64,000 nt of DNA from NCBI GenBank assembly GCA_977862235.1, contig OZ374558.1, forward strand, positions 2,790,001 through 2,854,000, read 5' to 3'. A program made the position numbers and the translations under genes. The notes under the pieces are model-generated. The model had not been told where the DNA came from. It worked only from the letters and a program-made list of their open reading frames with translations, and searched no databases. Below, piece after piece: positions 34,836 to 46,056 of this stretch. The DNA comes from Dudresnaya verticillata. Taxonomy: Eukaryota. Within the stretch, counting starts at the first letter, position 1. Every line of letters begins with the position of its first letter.

Positions 34836-35731
34836 TGTGGTGCAAGGGGAGGCGAGCCCTTTTTCGCTGAAAGCGGTCGGGCTAAATACGTCGACCGACG
34901 GAGAAACCGCCACCGGCGCTCACCACCGCCGTTGGCGCGCGAACACGTCATCGACGGCTTGCTGAGGCGCGCGCGCGCACTGCGCGCCGCGCGCCACGCG
35001 GGCACCGTACAGTGCTGGGCCGACTTGGCGTCCCGGGGCACTGTAGCGCGGATCCGGATGCGATCCGGATCCGGCATCCAGATTGGCTATCTGGATCGCC
35101 TAAGCTGTAAGGTATGCGCCTGTAAGGCTGCGGGTATCAGCATTGCTGGCCCGATCCGGATGGGATCAGGATCGGACAAGTACCAGATTAGATCTAAAGC
35201 ACACGCTTTACAGTGCGCGCGCACGCGCGGCTGTAAGACACACGCGTCCACGTGTACATGTAAGCACCCACATAGGGGATTGTACGGCGATCTATCAGAC
35301 GCGCGGCTGCATGCGACGCGTGATCTGTCAGACGCGCCTCGGGACGACACGTGTCCCGAGTTCCCGCGCTACACGCACGCCGCCGCGCCGCCGTACTATA
35401 CTTAGGTAAGCCGTCCCAGACGTGACAGTAAACGCCCGGGCAAGCCGGCCTTGGTCCAGACTTCCCCGTTCCGCACGCGCGCATTCTACCGCTGCCTACG
35501 GCTAAGCGTCTACCTCCCGTGCTTCCACGTCTACCATCGTCCTTGACGTGTTCCCTTTCTCTTCCTTTTCCCTCTCTTTCCGCCTCGGGCGTTTACAGTC
35601 CGCCCAAGGCGTGCCCCTTTTGCTCTACCACCAAGTCGCCCACGGCGGGACTACCTACCGCCGAGGGCGCAGCTACCCACCGAGCCCCGAACTTCTCGGC
35701 GGTCTATCGTCATTGGACGCTTTGCACCACA
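34836..35731 (+). mobile_element. Solo LTR, 896 bp
   Basis: Termini TGTGGTGCAA..TTGCACCACA; TSD AATGC at 34831-34835 and 35732-35736; same terminal sequence as the 837-bp LTRs but a diverged interior. Confidence 0.92.
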
Positions 35732-35736
35732 AATGC

Positions 35737-36240
35737 CTGCAGCAGTAGCGCACGGGGGATTGGGTGCGCGGTGCGCATGTATAGCTAGGTGCAAAGTGGG
35801 CGCAGTAGCGCACGGGTGATTGGGCGCGCGGTGCGCAGGAATAGCTAAGTGCCATATGGGCGCAGTAGCGCACGGGGGACAGGGCCCGCTGTGCGCAGGC
35901 GCGGCTAAGTAATTTCCGGGCGCAGTACCGCACGAGAGTCTGGGCGCGCGGCGGAATTGGGCAGCACAGTACCTGGAGGCAGTAGCGAACGGGGGTCAGG
36001 GCGCGCGGTGCGAAAGCGCGGCTAGGAAAATTCTGGGCGCAGTAGCGCACGGGGGCCTGGGTGCGCGGCGGAATTGGTCCGGACAGTGCGCGGAGACAGT
36101 AGCGCACAGGCCCTGGGAGCGCGGCGGAAGAGGCGAGGACAGTGCGTGGGCGCACCATTGACAGCCTTGGGTGGGGGCGATCGCTGGGCGCAGAGCGCCC
36201 ACAGCCCTGGGTGCGGCGCGAGAACGGGGCGGGCGTGGGC
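35737..36240 (+). repeat. GC-rich tandem array of 57/60-bp units (core GCGCAGTAGCGCACGGG)
   Basis: Core CAGTA at 35743, 35803, 35863, 35923, 35980, 36040, 36097. Confidence 0.9.
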
Positions 36241-36319
36241 CAGGACAATTTCTGGAAAGGATTTTGGGGAAGGGCAGGGGCGGCCGGGGCCGGGCCGGGG
36301 GCGTGGGAAAATTCTGATT

Positions 36320-36530
36320 AAAGTTGGTTGCAAAAATTATGAAAGTTGGAAAGTTTCCGAAAGTTTCGGCCTCACGGCGAAAAGCACGGAAACTGCTATA
36401 ACTTTCTAAGGACACGTTCGTTTACAAAACGGTTTTCACCACTACAATCACCGCACGCTCTCCTTTCGAACGCACTAAAGAAATATCTGTTCAGAAAAAT
36501 TCTGTGCGGCACGAAAAATTCTGCCACTCC
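36320..36530 (+). repeat. Dispersed conserved motif, copy
   Basis: Shares GAAAGTTGGAAAG, CTGCTATAACTT and GTTCGTTTACAAAAC.GTTTTCACCAC with 3740-3950. Confidence 0.8.
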
Positions 36531-37028
36531 GGAAATCAGTGTTAAGGGTCAAGTAACTGGTGTGCGGATGGCCACAACTTTTGAAAGGCTTGACTTCAGA
36601 GAAAACGGATTGCACCACTGTTCTCAGCTCTTTGCCGTCTTACGAAGACAAATAAGAAAGCGGGTACGTTTTTCATTCCGTTTTAAAGAGTAAATTCTGA
36701 AGCGGCCGAAATCAGTGTTGAAGTATGTTTCGCTGGTCCGTGAATATGTGGATTTCATTCTCGCACACCAGAAAATATTCCATTTTCCGACAAATTTGAA
36801 AAATAGAATATCATTCCTTTTCGAATGTGATCCAGTGCCTTTGTGTTTCTGTCAAGACAAGACCCCAAAACTTCTAATGGTTGGTTGCTTTGAAGAATTT
36901 CTTTAATAATTGACTCAGCTAAATTTCCAGTTATTGGACAATTCAGCTGAGGCATCTTACATTGTGTGACCACTGCGGCGCAATGTTCATCTGATGCATC
37001 TGTATATATCGTCAGATTTTGAAAGTAT

Positions 37029-37730
37029 TGTCACGATAGGCGTAGCTCTCAGCAACCCATCAACACTGGCTGTAAGAGGGTGCGCAGTCGCGCACCGCAA
37101 TAATGTGCACGGCCACCCCCGCTGGCAAGTGGTATTTGGGCAGCGAGCCGGTTAGTTTTTTCGTTGATTTCAGCGGCGGTAGATCGCCTTGCGGTGGGTA
37201 GCGGTCGCGTGCAGTGCCGCTCACTGCGCGCCCCGGTCCCGCTCTCCGGTATCGCGCCGCTGAGAGGGCCGCTGCCCGATACGTCCTGCGCGAGCCCACG
37301 GGTAGCCATTACCGGGATCTGTCGACACGTGTATGCGCAAGCGCGCACATCTCGTGTTGCGGCCGTAGAGGCGTATTCGCTGTAGTGGTAGCCGTAGACG
37401 TACACTACTGTAGGTTATTTAATGCCGTCTGCCATCGACGGCTTGGTAACCCGGGGAAGTAACAGCTCGCGCTGAAGCTTGCCCTCGACCTTTTGGGTCC
37501 GATCCCTTGGAATTCTTCGTAGGCGGTCGGTTCCCCTTTCCCTTGCCTCGCTAGGCTTCCTTTATTCCTTTAATTTTCCCGTCGGCTCTGAACCGCCCTT
37601 CGACAGGGACGCAGGGACCCGGCCGCTGCCGACCCGCGTACAGTACGCCCCGTGCGCGCTCCGACATCGACGCCATTTATTCGCACCTGCAGGGCGCACA
37701 CGACTGACTCCGCTATACCGCAAAGCTGCC
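37029..37730 (+). mobile_element. LTR-like fragment
   Basis: Starts TGTCACGA, GC-rich with a pyrimidine-rich 3' part like other LTRs here; no matching end or TSD found. Confidence 0.35.
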
Positions 37731-39689
37731 CATTAATGTACCTGCGTACGCTATACATCAGATAGACCTAATGTCTATGCTACACATAGTAGTGCCATCT
37801 GAGACGTTTACCACCACCTGTGGCATTCTTGATCAAGCTCAGCTCGCGAACCGGCTTTGATTTAGCCTTTCCGCAGATGGTGCCTGCAAATAGACTATGT
37901 CTGGCGACTGGTTTCAGAACCAGCCTTGAGTAAATGCGTATGTGGAAACATCCACCGTTATGGATGACCATGCGTCCTGTGGTGACATCACACATGCCGT
38001 ACGGACCATTCGGGCTAAACTGGATGTACGATGAGACCACGGAACTGGTACACAGATTTAGTCAGCCGTGTCCATGTGTAGTTCAGTGTAAGGTGGAACG
38101 CGTGTGTTCGCATGACGACCCGGAAAAATATGTCTGATCCAAGACAAAACGTGTCATGAGATACCGTGCGTCTCGATATAGCTGCCGTCGCCGTAGCCAT
38201 ACCATTAGTACTGTACTTAGATTATCCGTCGAGGACGATTCATTAATCCTCCAGTAAGCCGGACTCGGACCTGAAGGCCTTTTCCGCTGATTCGTACCAC
38301 CTTCACCGCTACGTGAAGCCTAAGAATCTTTCTGCCCGTGATTCCACGCCTACCTTCGTCCTCGAAGTGCTCCTTTTTATCTTTTCTTAGTCTGTTGGTT
38401 TTCATCTTTGTTTCTAGGTCTATTCCGCTGGATGCGTTTGCAGTCCGCCTCCTGCGTGACTGCCGCTCTAGCACCCACACTGTTTCAGACGGGCTACCAG
38501 CCGGGCTTTCGAACTGTCCGGGCGTGCTGTCCGTCTGCGACGCTTTGTACCAGAAATGTTCATGGCCCCATTGAAACCCTTCCATCGTGATACTCTGTGT
38601 GGACTTTGAGGTACGTTTCCCGGACTTATTGTACGCAATTTCGAGGAATGCTTGTAGGGGTGAAACTTCTCTTAGTGAAATCTGGTATGTAACTTCTTAT
38701 CCATTGCAAGAAGTATGCAAATATTGACAGTTCTGCAACATTAATAGCAAGGTGTCCATTTCGTAATGCGCTTAGTCTGCGGAGGTCACATTCAATTCCG
38801 TCTTTGTCCACAGCATATCCACGCCACCTGTGTTACCGAACGAGATCGTCTTTTCAGCTCAAAGCTTTAGGTTTTTCTCCCCGCAGATGTGGAAAAATCC
38901 CCAAATCGTTGATAAGTCCTTCCGTTTCACTGTGTACCGCGAAGTAGTCACACTTGGTAATCTATGTAAAAACAAGGTTAGGCAAAGCTACCGACTGTTA
39001 GCGGCTGTTTAAGATCAATATATTTTTACTAACTTTGGGATGATTTTCGGACAGGACTTATTGAACTGAAAAGAATATCTACTGTTTTCGCACTTTACTG
39101 AGAGTTTGTTTAGGCTCCAGATTTTACACAGCTGGTAGTCGCCCGAATTGAATGTCTTCCCTTCCTCCCTCGTTTACACAGACCGTGCCCTTCTAAACTA
39201 GTTCTATCCTATAGCAAAAGTAGACTATAAGTGCAACTAGTTCATATTTGGATCTATCCACTACCTCTCCATGCGCCCCTTTATGACCTGTTTCTGTTTT
39301 TTAGAGCACTTTTTGTGGTAGTATACACATGTGTGCGTAACAGAAAATAGTAAACTTCATCAAATAAACTATTCATTACTCACAATAAACTGCTGTGCCA
39401 CTGTACAAGCACAGATACTCATTCGGTACAGCACATGATAGCAATTAAAAGACGATCCGTTGTAATCTATCTATAAATAGAAGAACAAGCTGCAAAGGAT
39501 AGAAAAACTGGGGGCGCTGCGTATTGGAATGGAGAGGAATTGATGCACTTGTGCCTGGACCAGGTGTGGACTAGGGACGAAGGATTGCGGGCCTTGGCAC
39601 GGCGTCGGAGCGGTCCAGTGCAATTTTGGCAGGGATTTTGATGAAGGTCAAGACGGCCTGGGCCCCGCCCGGGTCTGGAGAAAGTATAG

Positions 39690-39880
39690 ATTAAAATTAG
39701 TTCCAAAATTCCGAAAGCTGCATGCAAAGTTTTGCGAACGTTTCCGCTGCCAGGCCAATCTGCCATAAATTTCGAACGGAACATTCGGTTACAAATCGGT
39801 TTTCATCAATAAACGAACCTTGAGTTCTTCTTCCGACGCAGTAAGGAAATATATGTGTTCTGAAACATTTTTCGGTATAT
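39690..39880 (+). repeat. Dispersed conserved motif, diverged copy
   Basis: AAATTCCGAAAG..GCGAACGTTTC..GCCATAAATTTCGAACG..TTACAAATCGGTTTTCATCA..AAGGAAATATATGTGTTCTGAAA. Confidence 0.7.
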
Positions 39881-40700
39881 TATTTTCTGAAACGTCGAAA
39901 AGTAGTACTAAGATCGGAATAGGACAATCGGGAAGTTACCGGGCAGTCACTGCATTCATGAGGAATTTTGTAGTAGTATATCTGAGTCCGTGAGGCACCC
40001 CTTTGTTCAGCCGACAATATCGCAAAGTTAGGATTAGAAGTTTCCCAAAGATCCGGACAGAATAAGACTTCAGAGATGCTTCCCACCATGGACGTGGATA
40101 GCCACAACTCAACTCGAGAGGTGTTTTCGAGTTGTCACATATTTTTCCGCAATATTTCTCGGCACAATCTCCAATCACCAACGTGCCTGCTTTTAACATT
40201 CATATTTCTCCCCGTTTTTAAAAACGTAATCTGAAACGCGAAAAATGATTATGTCTTGCGGGACCCAGCCATTTTGATCTAACGGAAACATTTTCCTTTC
40301 AGGCACTCTTGAGTTGTAGTAAAAAATAAGTAGGCTCGTAACCTCCGGGTTGAATAAGTAGCAAAATTTATCACGCTTTTCACACCGTGCACTTCAGCTA
40401 CATCGGCTTGAACGTTCGGTACGTTTGAAGCCCCAACTGTCGGGCATGCCGCCTAATAGTTATTATTTTCTCCATTCACAACAATAACCGATGGTTATTA
40501 GATGTCTGTCCCTGATGAAAATATTGAGGAGAAGCAGATAAAGAGCGTAGGCAGAAACAAGGATTGTTGAATATTAGCTACGTGAATTCGTCTGATACTC
40601 AAGGCTTCCAATATTTCCCTGTTTTGAAACTATTTTCAAATATAAGACGGAACTGCCATTTTCGGAAAGTTGCCGGGAATTGAAATTTGTGGCAAGACTC

Positions 40701-42113
40701 ATGGCATGGCTGTTATGGACAATTTTAATTCTGTTCCTGACTATGTACTCAATCCTGAAGACTCATGAAAATTATTTTCATCTCGCAAGAACTCCTGTTT
40801 CGAGGAAGCAAAATCCATTCTTTGTCGATCCTGTTCATCAAAATATTATCAGGTTTCCTACGAGTGTTCCTCGAACTTCTATTGCTGAACTACTTGAATA
40901 TCTTGACCTCCGAACGGGTGCAGAAGTGGGGGTACAGGGAGGATCCTTTGCTTCCAAAACGTTAATGACATGGAAGTCATGCCAGAAATTTGTTCTTGTG
41001 GATTTATGGGCTCATCAAAAGAATTATTTCGACCTAGCGAACAAAAGGCAATATGTGCAAGAGAAAATTATGGGTCACGCAATAGATAATGTTAAGCCGT
41101 GGATCAAAAAGATGGAGATATGCAGGAATTTTTCCGAGACCTGTGCCGAGCGATACCCAGACAATTTCTTCGACTACGTATACATTGATGCTCGACACGA
41201 CTTCAAGGGCGTTTATGCAGACTTGAAGGCCTGGTATCCGAAAATAAGGAGTGGAGGTATCATGGCTGGACACGATTACATGAGTGCTATCGAGGTACCG
41301 GCTCAAGATTGGACGATTCAGTTTGATGGGACCATTGACTACGGAAGGCAAGCTGCTCGAGGAGCTGTTAATCTCTTCTTCGCAGAAAAGGAGCAGTACA
41401 TTACATTTCCAGATTGGCCGAATGAATTCCGTTCTTGGGTAATAAGGAAAACTGTTGGCGAGAGAAAGTCCAATGGCGTCTTGCATTTCATAAATCTCTC
41501 CTGCTTCTATTCTGAAGAAAAGGAAGAGTGCAGGCTAGTTCCGAGGGAATTCGCTAAAAACGTAATGATGTGGGAGATGAGAAATTTGGATTGCATTTCA
41601 ATAGTGTGGACGCCGGGCCTAGTTCGGAGCCTTTTCCCTCACTTATCCTCCTTGTCTGATACAGTGTACAAAAAGAATATCCATCACTTTGAAGAAAGGA
41701 TTAAATTGGAAGTGCTACATAAGATGGGTGGTGTCTTTGTAAGAGCCGAAACAATTCCATTAACAGGAATCCATGATTATATTCACGCATTGTCTACTGG
41801 AAAGATAGTCGTTGCATGTCAGCAAAGGTCCTCCAGAGAAGATATTGTATCCGCAGGAAATCGCTGTCTTCGTCTATCACCTGTGCTCCTCGGGTCACAG
41901 AAAGGAAATAAAGACCTTTTATTGCTTTCAAGAATACATAGAAGAACGTTCAAACTCAAGGACAGCAATATGAATGCTTCCTCTGGACTTTTGCCTATGC
42001 TTGTGCAAAAGGTTAACCATGTTGTCGTGAACACTGATGTTTCGCTACCATGCAAAATTGAAGAGTTTTCGGAGAAATGTGTAGCTTTAGACATGCTTTC
42101 TACAAAAGAATGA
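40701..42113 (+). CDS. Predicted type II membrane protein: class I SAM-dependent methyltransferase (Methyltransf_24-like) fused to a degenerate GT32-like domain; 470 aa from the first ATG
   Basis: N-terminal anchor MAWLLWTILILFLTMYSIL; GAEVGVQGG, VLVDLW, FDYVYIDARHDF, DLKAWYPKIRSGGIMAGHDY; C-terminal VLHFI..IVWT..RIKLEVLHKMGGVFV. The track start 40680 is TTG; a short upstream exon (40502-40546) is possible. Confidence 0.85.
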   Translation: MAWLLWTILILFLTMYSILKTHENYFHLARTPVSRKQNPFFVDPVHQNIIRFPTSVPRTSIAELLEYLDLRTGAEVGVQGGSFASKTLMTWKSCQKFVLVDLWAHQKNYFDLANKRQYVQEKIMGHAIDNVKPWIKKMEICRNFSETCAERYPDNFFDYVYIDARHDFKGVYADLKAWYPKIRSGGIMAGHDYMSAIEVPAQDWTIQFDGTIDYGRQAARGAVNLFFAEKEQYITFPDWPNEFRSWVIRKTVGERKSNGVLHFINLSCFYSEEKEECRLVPREFAKNVMMWEMRNLDCISIVWTPGLVRSLFPHLSSLSDTVYKKNIHHFEERIKLEVLHKMGGVFVRAETIPLTGIHDYIHALSTGKIVVACQQRSSREDIVSAGNRCLRLSPVLLGSQKGNKDLLLLSRIHRRTFKLKDSNMNASSGLLPMLVQKVNHVVVNTDVSLPCKIEEFSEKCVALDMLSTKE

Positions 42114-42123
42114 TTTCTGCAAT

Positions 42124-43717
42124 CTCCCCATAGTAATGAGTAGTAGGTGTAGGAGGCCCGTCGCGGGCTTAGTACATGTAAAAACTACAAAAAAGAAACA
42201 TCAGCACGCCACTAGCATCCCTTGCCGCCAAACCTATTTCTACGCACGCCTAAAAATATTACTCGATCACCGTTTTACGCCCAATAGAAAACTTCAGCAG
42301 CAGCAGCAGCAGCATCAGCAGCATCAGCAGCATAAGCAGCATCAGCAGCATACGCAGCATCAGCAGCATCAGCAGCATCAGCAGCAGCAGCATCAGCAGC
42401 AGCATCAGCAGCAGCAGTAGCAACGCTGGAACCCCATTGGCTGACCGCCAAGCCGCGCCACCCGATTGGCTGTACTTTCCCGCTGTACCGCCTCACGCCA
42501 AATGAACGCGCGCGCGCCCTCTCATCGGTGCGCTCGGATTTTCTGGCAGTAAATTTACAGAGGTGCCGCATTACAAGGGTTGGATCGTACAGTCCGCCGT
42601 GCGACTCCATTCTTAATTTATGTGATTAAAACCGCACCTGTCTCACGGCTTGGAAACAAATGTCATTACAAAGAAGTTCTCAGACACCTGTCGTTATCAG
42701 GTGACCCAAACCTACCCCGGTATCCCACAGTATCCCATCCTGCCACAAAGGATAAACGAGTCAGCCGCGTCGAAGGCGTGGCGCATAGCGGCGCGCAGCG
42801 CCGCGTCTTTGCCCTTGTTCTCCCCATAGTAATGATTAGTCAGTGTACGAGGCCCCTCAAGGGCTTCGTACACGTAAAAATTTTCTAAAAAAAACATCCG
42901 CCCGCCATTACCATCCCTTGCCGCCAAACCTATTTCTACGCACGCCTAAAAATATTTCTAGATCACCCTTTTCCGCCCAATAGAAAACTTCAGCAGCAGC
43001 AGCAGCAGCAGCAGCAGCATCAGCAGCATCAGCAGCAGCAGCAGCAGCAGCAGCAAAGCTGCAACCCCATTGGCTGACCGCCAAGCCGCGCCACCCGATT
43101 GGCTGCATTTTGACGCGGTTCCAAATCAACGCGCGCCCATTGGTGCGCTCCGATTTTCTGACAGTAAATTGACAGACGCGCCGCCGCGCTACAGTGATAC
43201 GATCTTACAGTCCCGCCGTGCGCCTCCATTCTTAATTTATGTGATTAAAACCGCACCGGTCTCACGGCTTGGAAACGAATATCATCACAAAGAAATTGTA
43301 AGACACCTGTCGTTATCAAGCGACCCCAACCTACCCCGGTATCCCACAGTATCCTATCATGCCACAGAGAGTACAGGAGTCCGTCGCGCCTTCGGCGCGG
43401 CTGCACGGCGCATAGCGGCGCGCAGCGCCGCGTGTATCCCACAGTATCCCATCGTGCCACAGAGGTTACAGGAGTCAGTCGCGCCTTCGGCGCGCCTGCA
43501 CGGCGCATAGCGGCGCGGCGCGTCGTTGCCCTTGTTCTCCCCATAGTAATGATTAGTAGGTGTAGGAGGCCCGTCGAGGGCTTAGTACATGTAAAACATT
43601 TGTAAAAATAAACATCAGCACGCCACTACCATCCCCTGCCGCCAAACCTATTTCTACGCACGCCTAAAAATAATACTAGATCACCCTTTTCCGCCCAGTA
43701 GAAAACTTCAGCAGCAC

Positions 43718-43749
<32 letters not shown>

Positions 43750-44385
43750 AAACTGCAACCCCATTGGCTGACCGCCAAGCCGCGCCTCCCGATTGGCTGT
43801 AATTCCCGCGGTACCGTCTCGCGCCAAATCAACGCGCGCACGCGCCCTGTCATTGGTGCGCACCTCGGTTATGACAGTAAATTTACAGAGGCGCCGCGCT
43901 ACGGCGAAACTATCTTACAGTCCCGCCGTGCGCCTCCATTCTTAATTTATGTGATTAAAACCGCACCTGTCTCACGGCTTGGAAACAAATATCATTACAA
44001 AGAAATTGCCAGACATCTGTCCTTATCAAGTGGCCGCAACTTACCCCGATATCACGCAGTATCCCATCCTGTCACAAAAGATAAAGGAGTCAGCCGCACC
44101 TTCGGCGCGGCTGCGCGGCGCATAGCGGCGCGCAGCGCCGCGTCGTTGCCCTTGTTTACCTTATAGTAAGAATTTATATCGGTATGACCGCCCAAAGGGT
44201 AGTAGTAGGCAGGGTAGGGTTGCAAAATTAAACAAAATTCTTCATCGCTGCGCCAATGCTGCGACTTCGCGCTACAAATAGTTTCTACGCCCCCCAATTA
44301 TATCTAAAATGCAGTACCGCCGCCAATAAAAAATCAGCAGCAGCAGCAGCAGCAGCAGCAAAGCTCAACTGTGATTGGCTGCCCG
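42124..44385 (+). repeat. Tandem array of ~620-720-bp units, each containing a CAG-based trinucleotide tract
   Basis: Units start CTCCCCATAGTAATGA at 42124, 42820 and 43537, with a diverged partial unit from ~44157. Confidence 0.93.
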
Positions 44386-44409
44386 CATGCGTACTGACAG
44401 CTGCTTGCA

Positions 44410-44558
44410 GAGCGCTTGGCGAGTTGGCAGTGCTGGCAGTGCGTGTGATATACAGACACCCAGGGGTGTGTGATATTATTGATATGTGCAGCATATAGTA
44501 CGTAATTTTTGTCTGTATATCACACGCACTGCCAGCACTGCCAACTCGCCAAGCGCTC
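44410..44558. repeat. Perfect 49-bp inverted repeat with a 51-bp spacer
   Basis: 44410-44458 is the exact reverse complement of 44510-44558. Confidence 0.95.
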
Positions 44559-44612
44559 CGCACGATCTCCGACGCAGTGGCCCAGTGGGTGAGACACTTC
44601 CTTGTGTGCGGC

Positions 44613-45180
44613 GCTGGTGGCTATTCGACCGGCGTTTTGCCTCACCTGAGGCCAGAGTTGGCCTCAAATGAGGCAGGCGTATGCATTAATCCAATTTACA
44701 ACATTTTTTCTTCGCCTGCCATCGAAAATGTCGGGCCAAATACGGAGTACACACGAACGAGAATGTAGGTACGGCACAGTGGGCTCAGAAGTAGTGTAAT
44801 CCGACCTAGACCAACCCTCTTTAACTAGTGCATGGCAGTTCAATAAGTAGAAAATTTATTTCTGTTCGGAAGCTGTAGTGCTTGCACGTCTGATAGAGGG
44901 TAGGAAGACCAGCAGAAAGATACATAGGCTTCTTCCTTGAAAAATCGTTAAAAAGGGGATTCTAAAAGGCTCTTATTCCAGACGGTTTACTCTAGCTGCG
45001 TAGTGCGTCAGTGATGCCCGTTCGTTCAAGTCCGCGATGAAACACTACTCAATTCTCTGCGACATAGCACAAAAAAGTTGGGGAATTAGTGCTTTTCTTA
45101 AGCTGCAGAAATGTTCGAGAAGTGGCCTCATATGGGGTCATTTGACCTCAGGTGAGGCCACTTGTCGAATAGACACTAGC
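44613..45180. repeat. ~570-bp segment bounded by imperfect ~60-bp inverted repeats, each holding two CCTCA-N2-TGAGG-type palindromes
   Basis: GCTGGTGGCTATTCGAC..GCCTCACCTGAGGCCA vs reverse complement GCTAGTGTCTATTCGAC..GCCTCACCTGAGGTCA. Confidence 0.7.
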
Positions 45181-46056
45181 AGTATATAAAATACCCGCGG
45201 GGTAGCCCAATGGGGGCAAAGCCGGGTCCGGCTATAGGGACCAGAAAGAGATTCACCCTTGCACCTGGGAGGTGCGGGACAAAGTGTCCTTTAGGGTTAC
45301 TGACAGTATGAATTCGAGTGAGGACCGCAGAGGGTCAATAAAGCAAAACCGCGAGCGTCGCTGGGAGAGCACCGGGGGAGGTGACTCATCCAGTTTGCGG
45401 GCATCGTTTTCTCACAGTGGGTGCTTCGCAGGCATAGGTGCACGGAGTGGTGTTGTTGCATCCTGCTGTTTCTGCGCTGCATACGCGCGCATATATACAG
45501 TGTCACCCTGCGTTGATCAGTATCTCGCCCCCCCACCGCGAAGCGAAGCGTGCGACGCCAGGCTGCTGAGGACGGCGCGGGAACGCTGTCATCAGGACCA
45601 ACTTCGAGTGAATCGTGAAGGCCCCGTCGTGAGGCAGCCTGGCACAACAGTACGAGAGTGAGCAGGCAGTGGGAGTTGAGTAATTCGGTGATTTAGAGGC
45701 CTTGTGCACCCAGAGCTACTGCAAGCGTCCACCTGCTGGCCAGCCCGCATCTAGGGTGGAGTCACAACGGGGTGGTCGTTTTCCGGTAGCCGAGTCCGTC
45801 TCTCGCAGGGGCTTAGGCTTGGTGAGCGGTTTGGCCGTACACCTAACGAAGCTATTTGTCCCCGCTCCCCTAGCAGAACTTCTGAAGTTGCAGGCTTGCT
45901 TGCAGCTCACAAGTTTCTGGCTACTACCGATGCGAACAACAAAGACTTGTAACTGTGAAACCTTGGCTTGCGTCTTAGCCGCTTAAGTTGTCTGCGCGCA
46001 CGTGCGGGCGAGAGCGAAGCGAGAAGGCAGAAGTTCAACGTCAAGTGGGAACGTAA

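Noticed and set aside
35737..36240. CRISPR-like array
   Set aside because: The stretches between cores are related to each other rather than unique spacers; no cas genes; eukaryotic context.
42136..42420. Poly-glutamine ORF, and poly-alanine ORFs on the opposite strand
   Set aside because: Translation of the CAG tract within a non-coding tandem unit; the frame is not kept in sister units.
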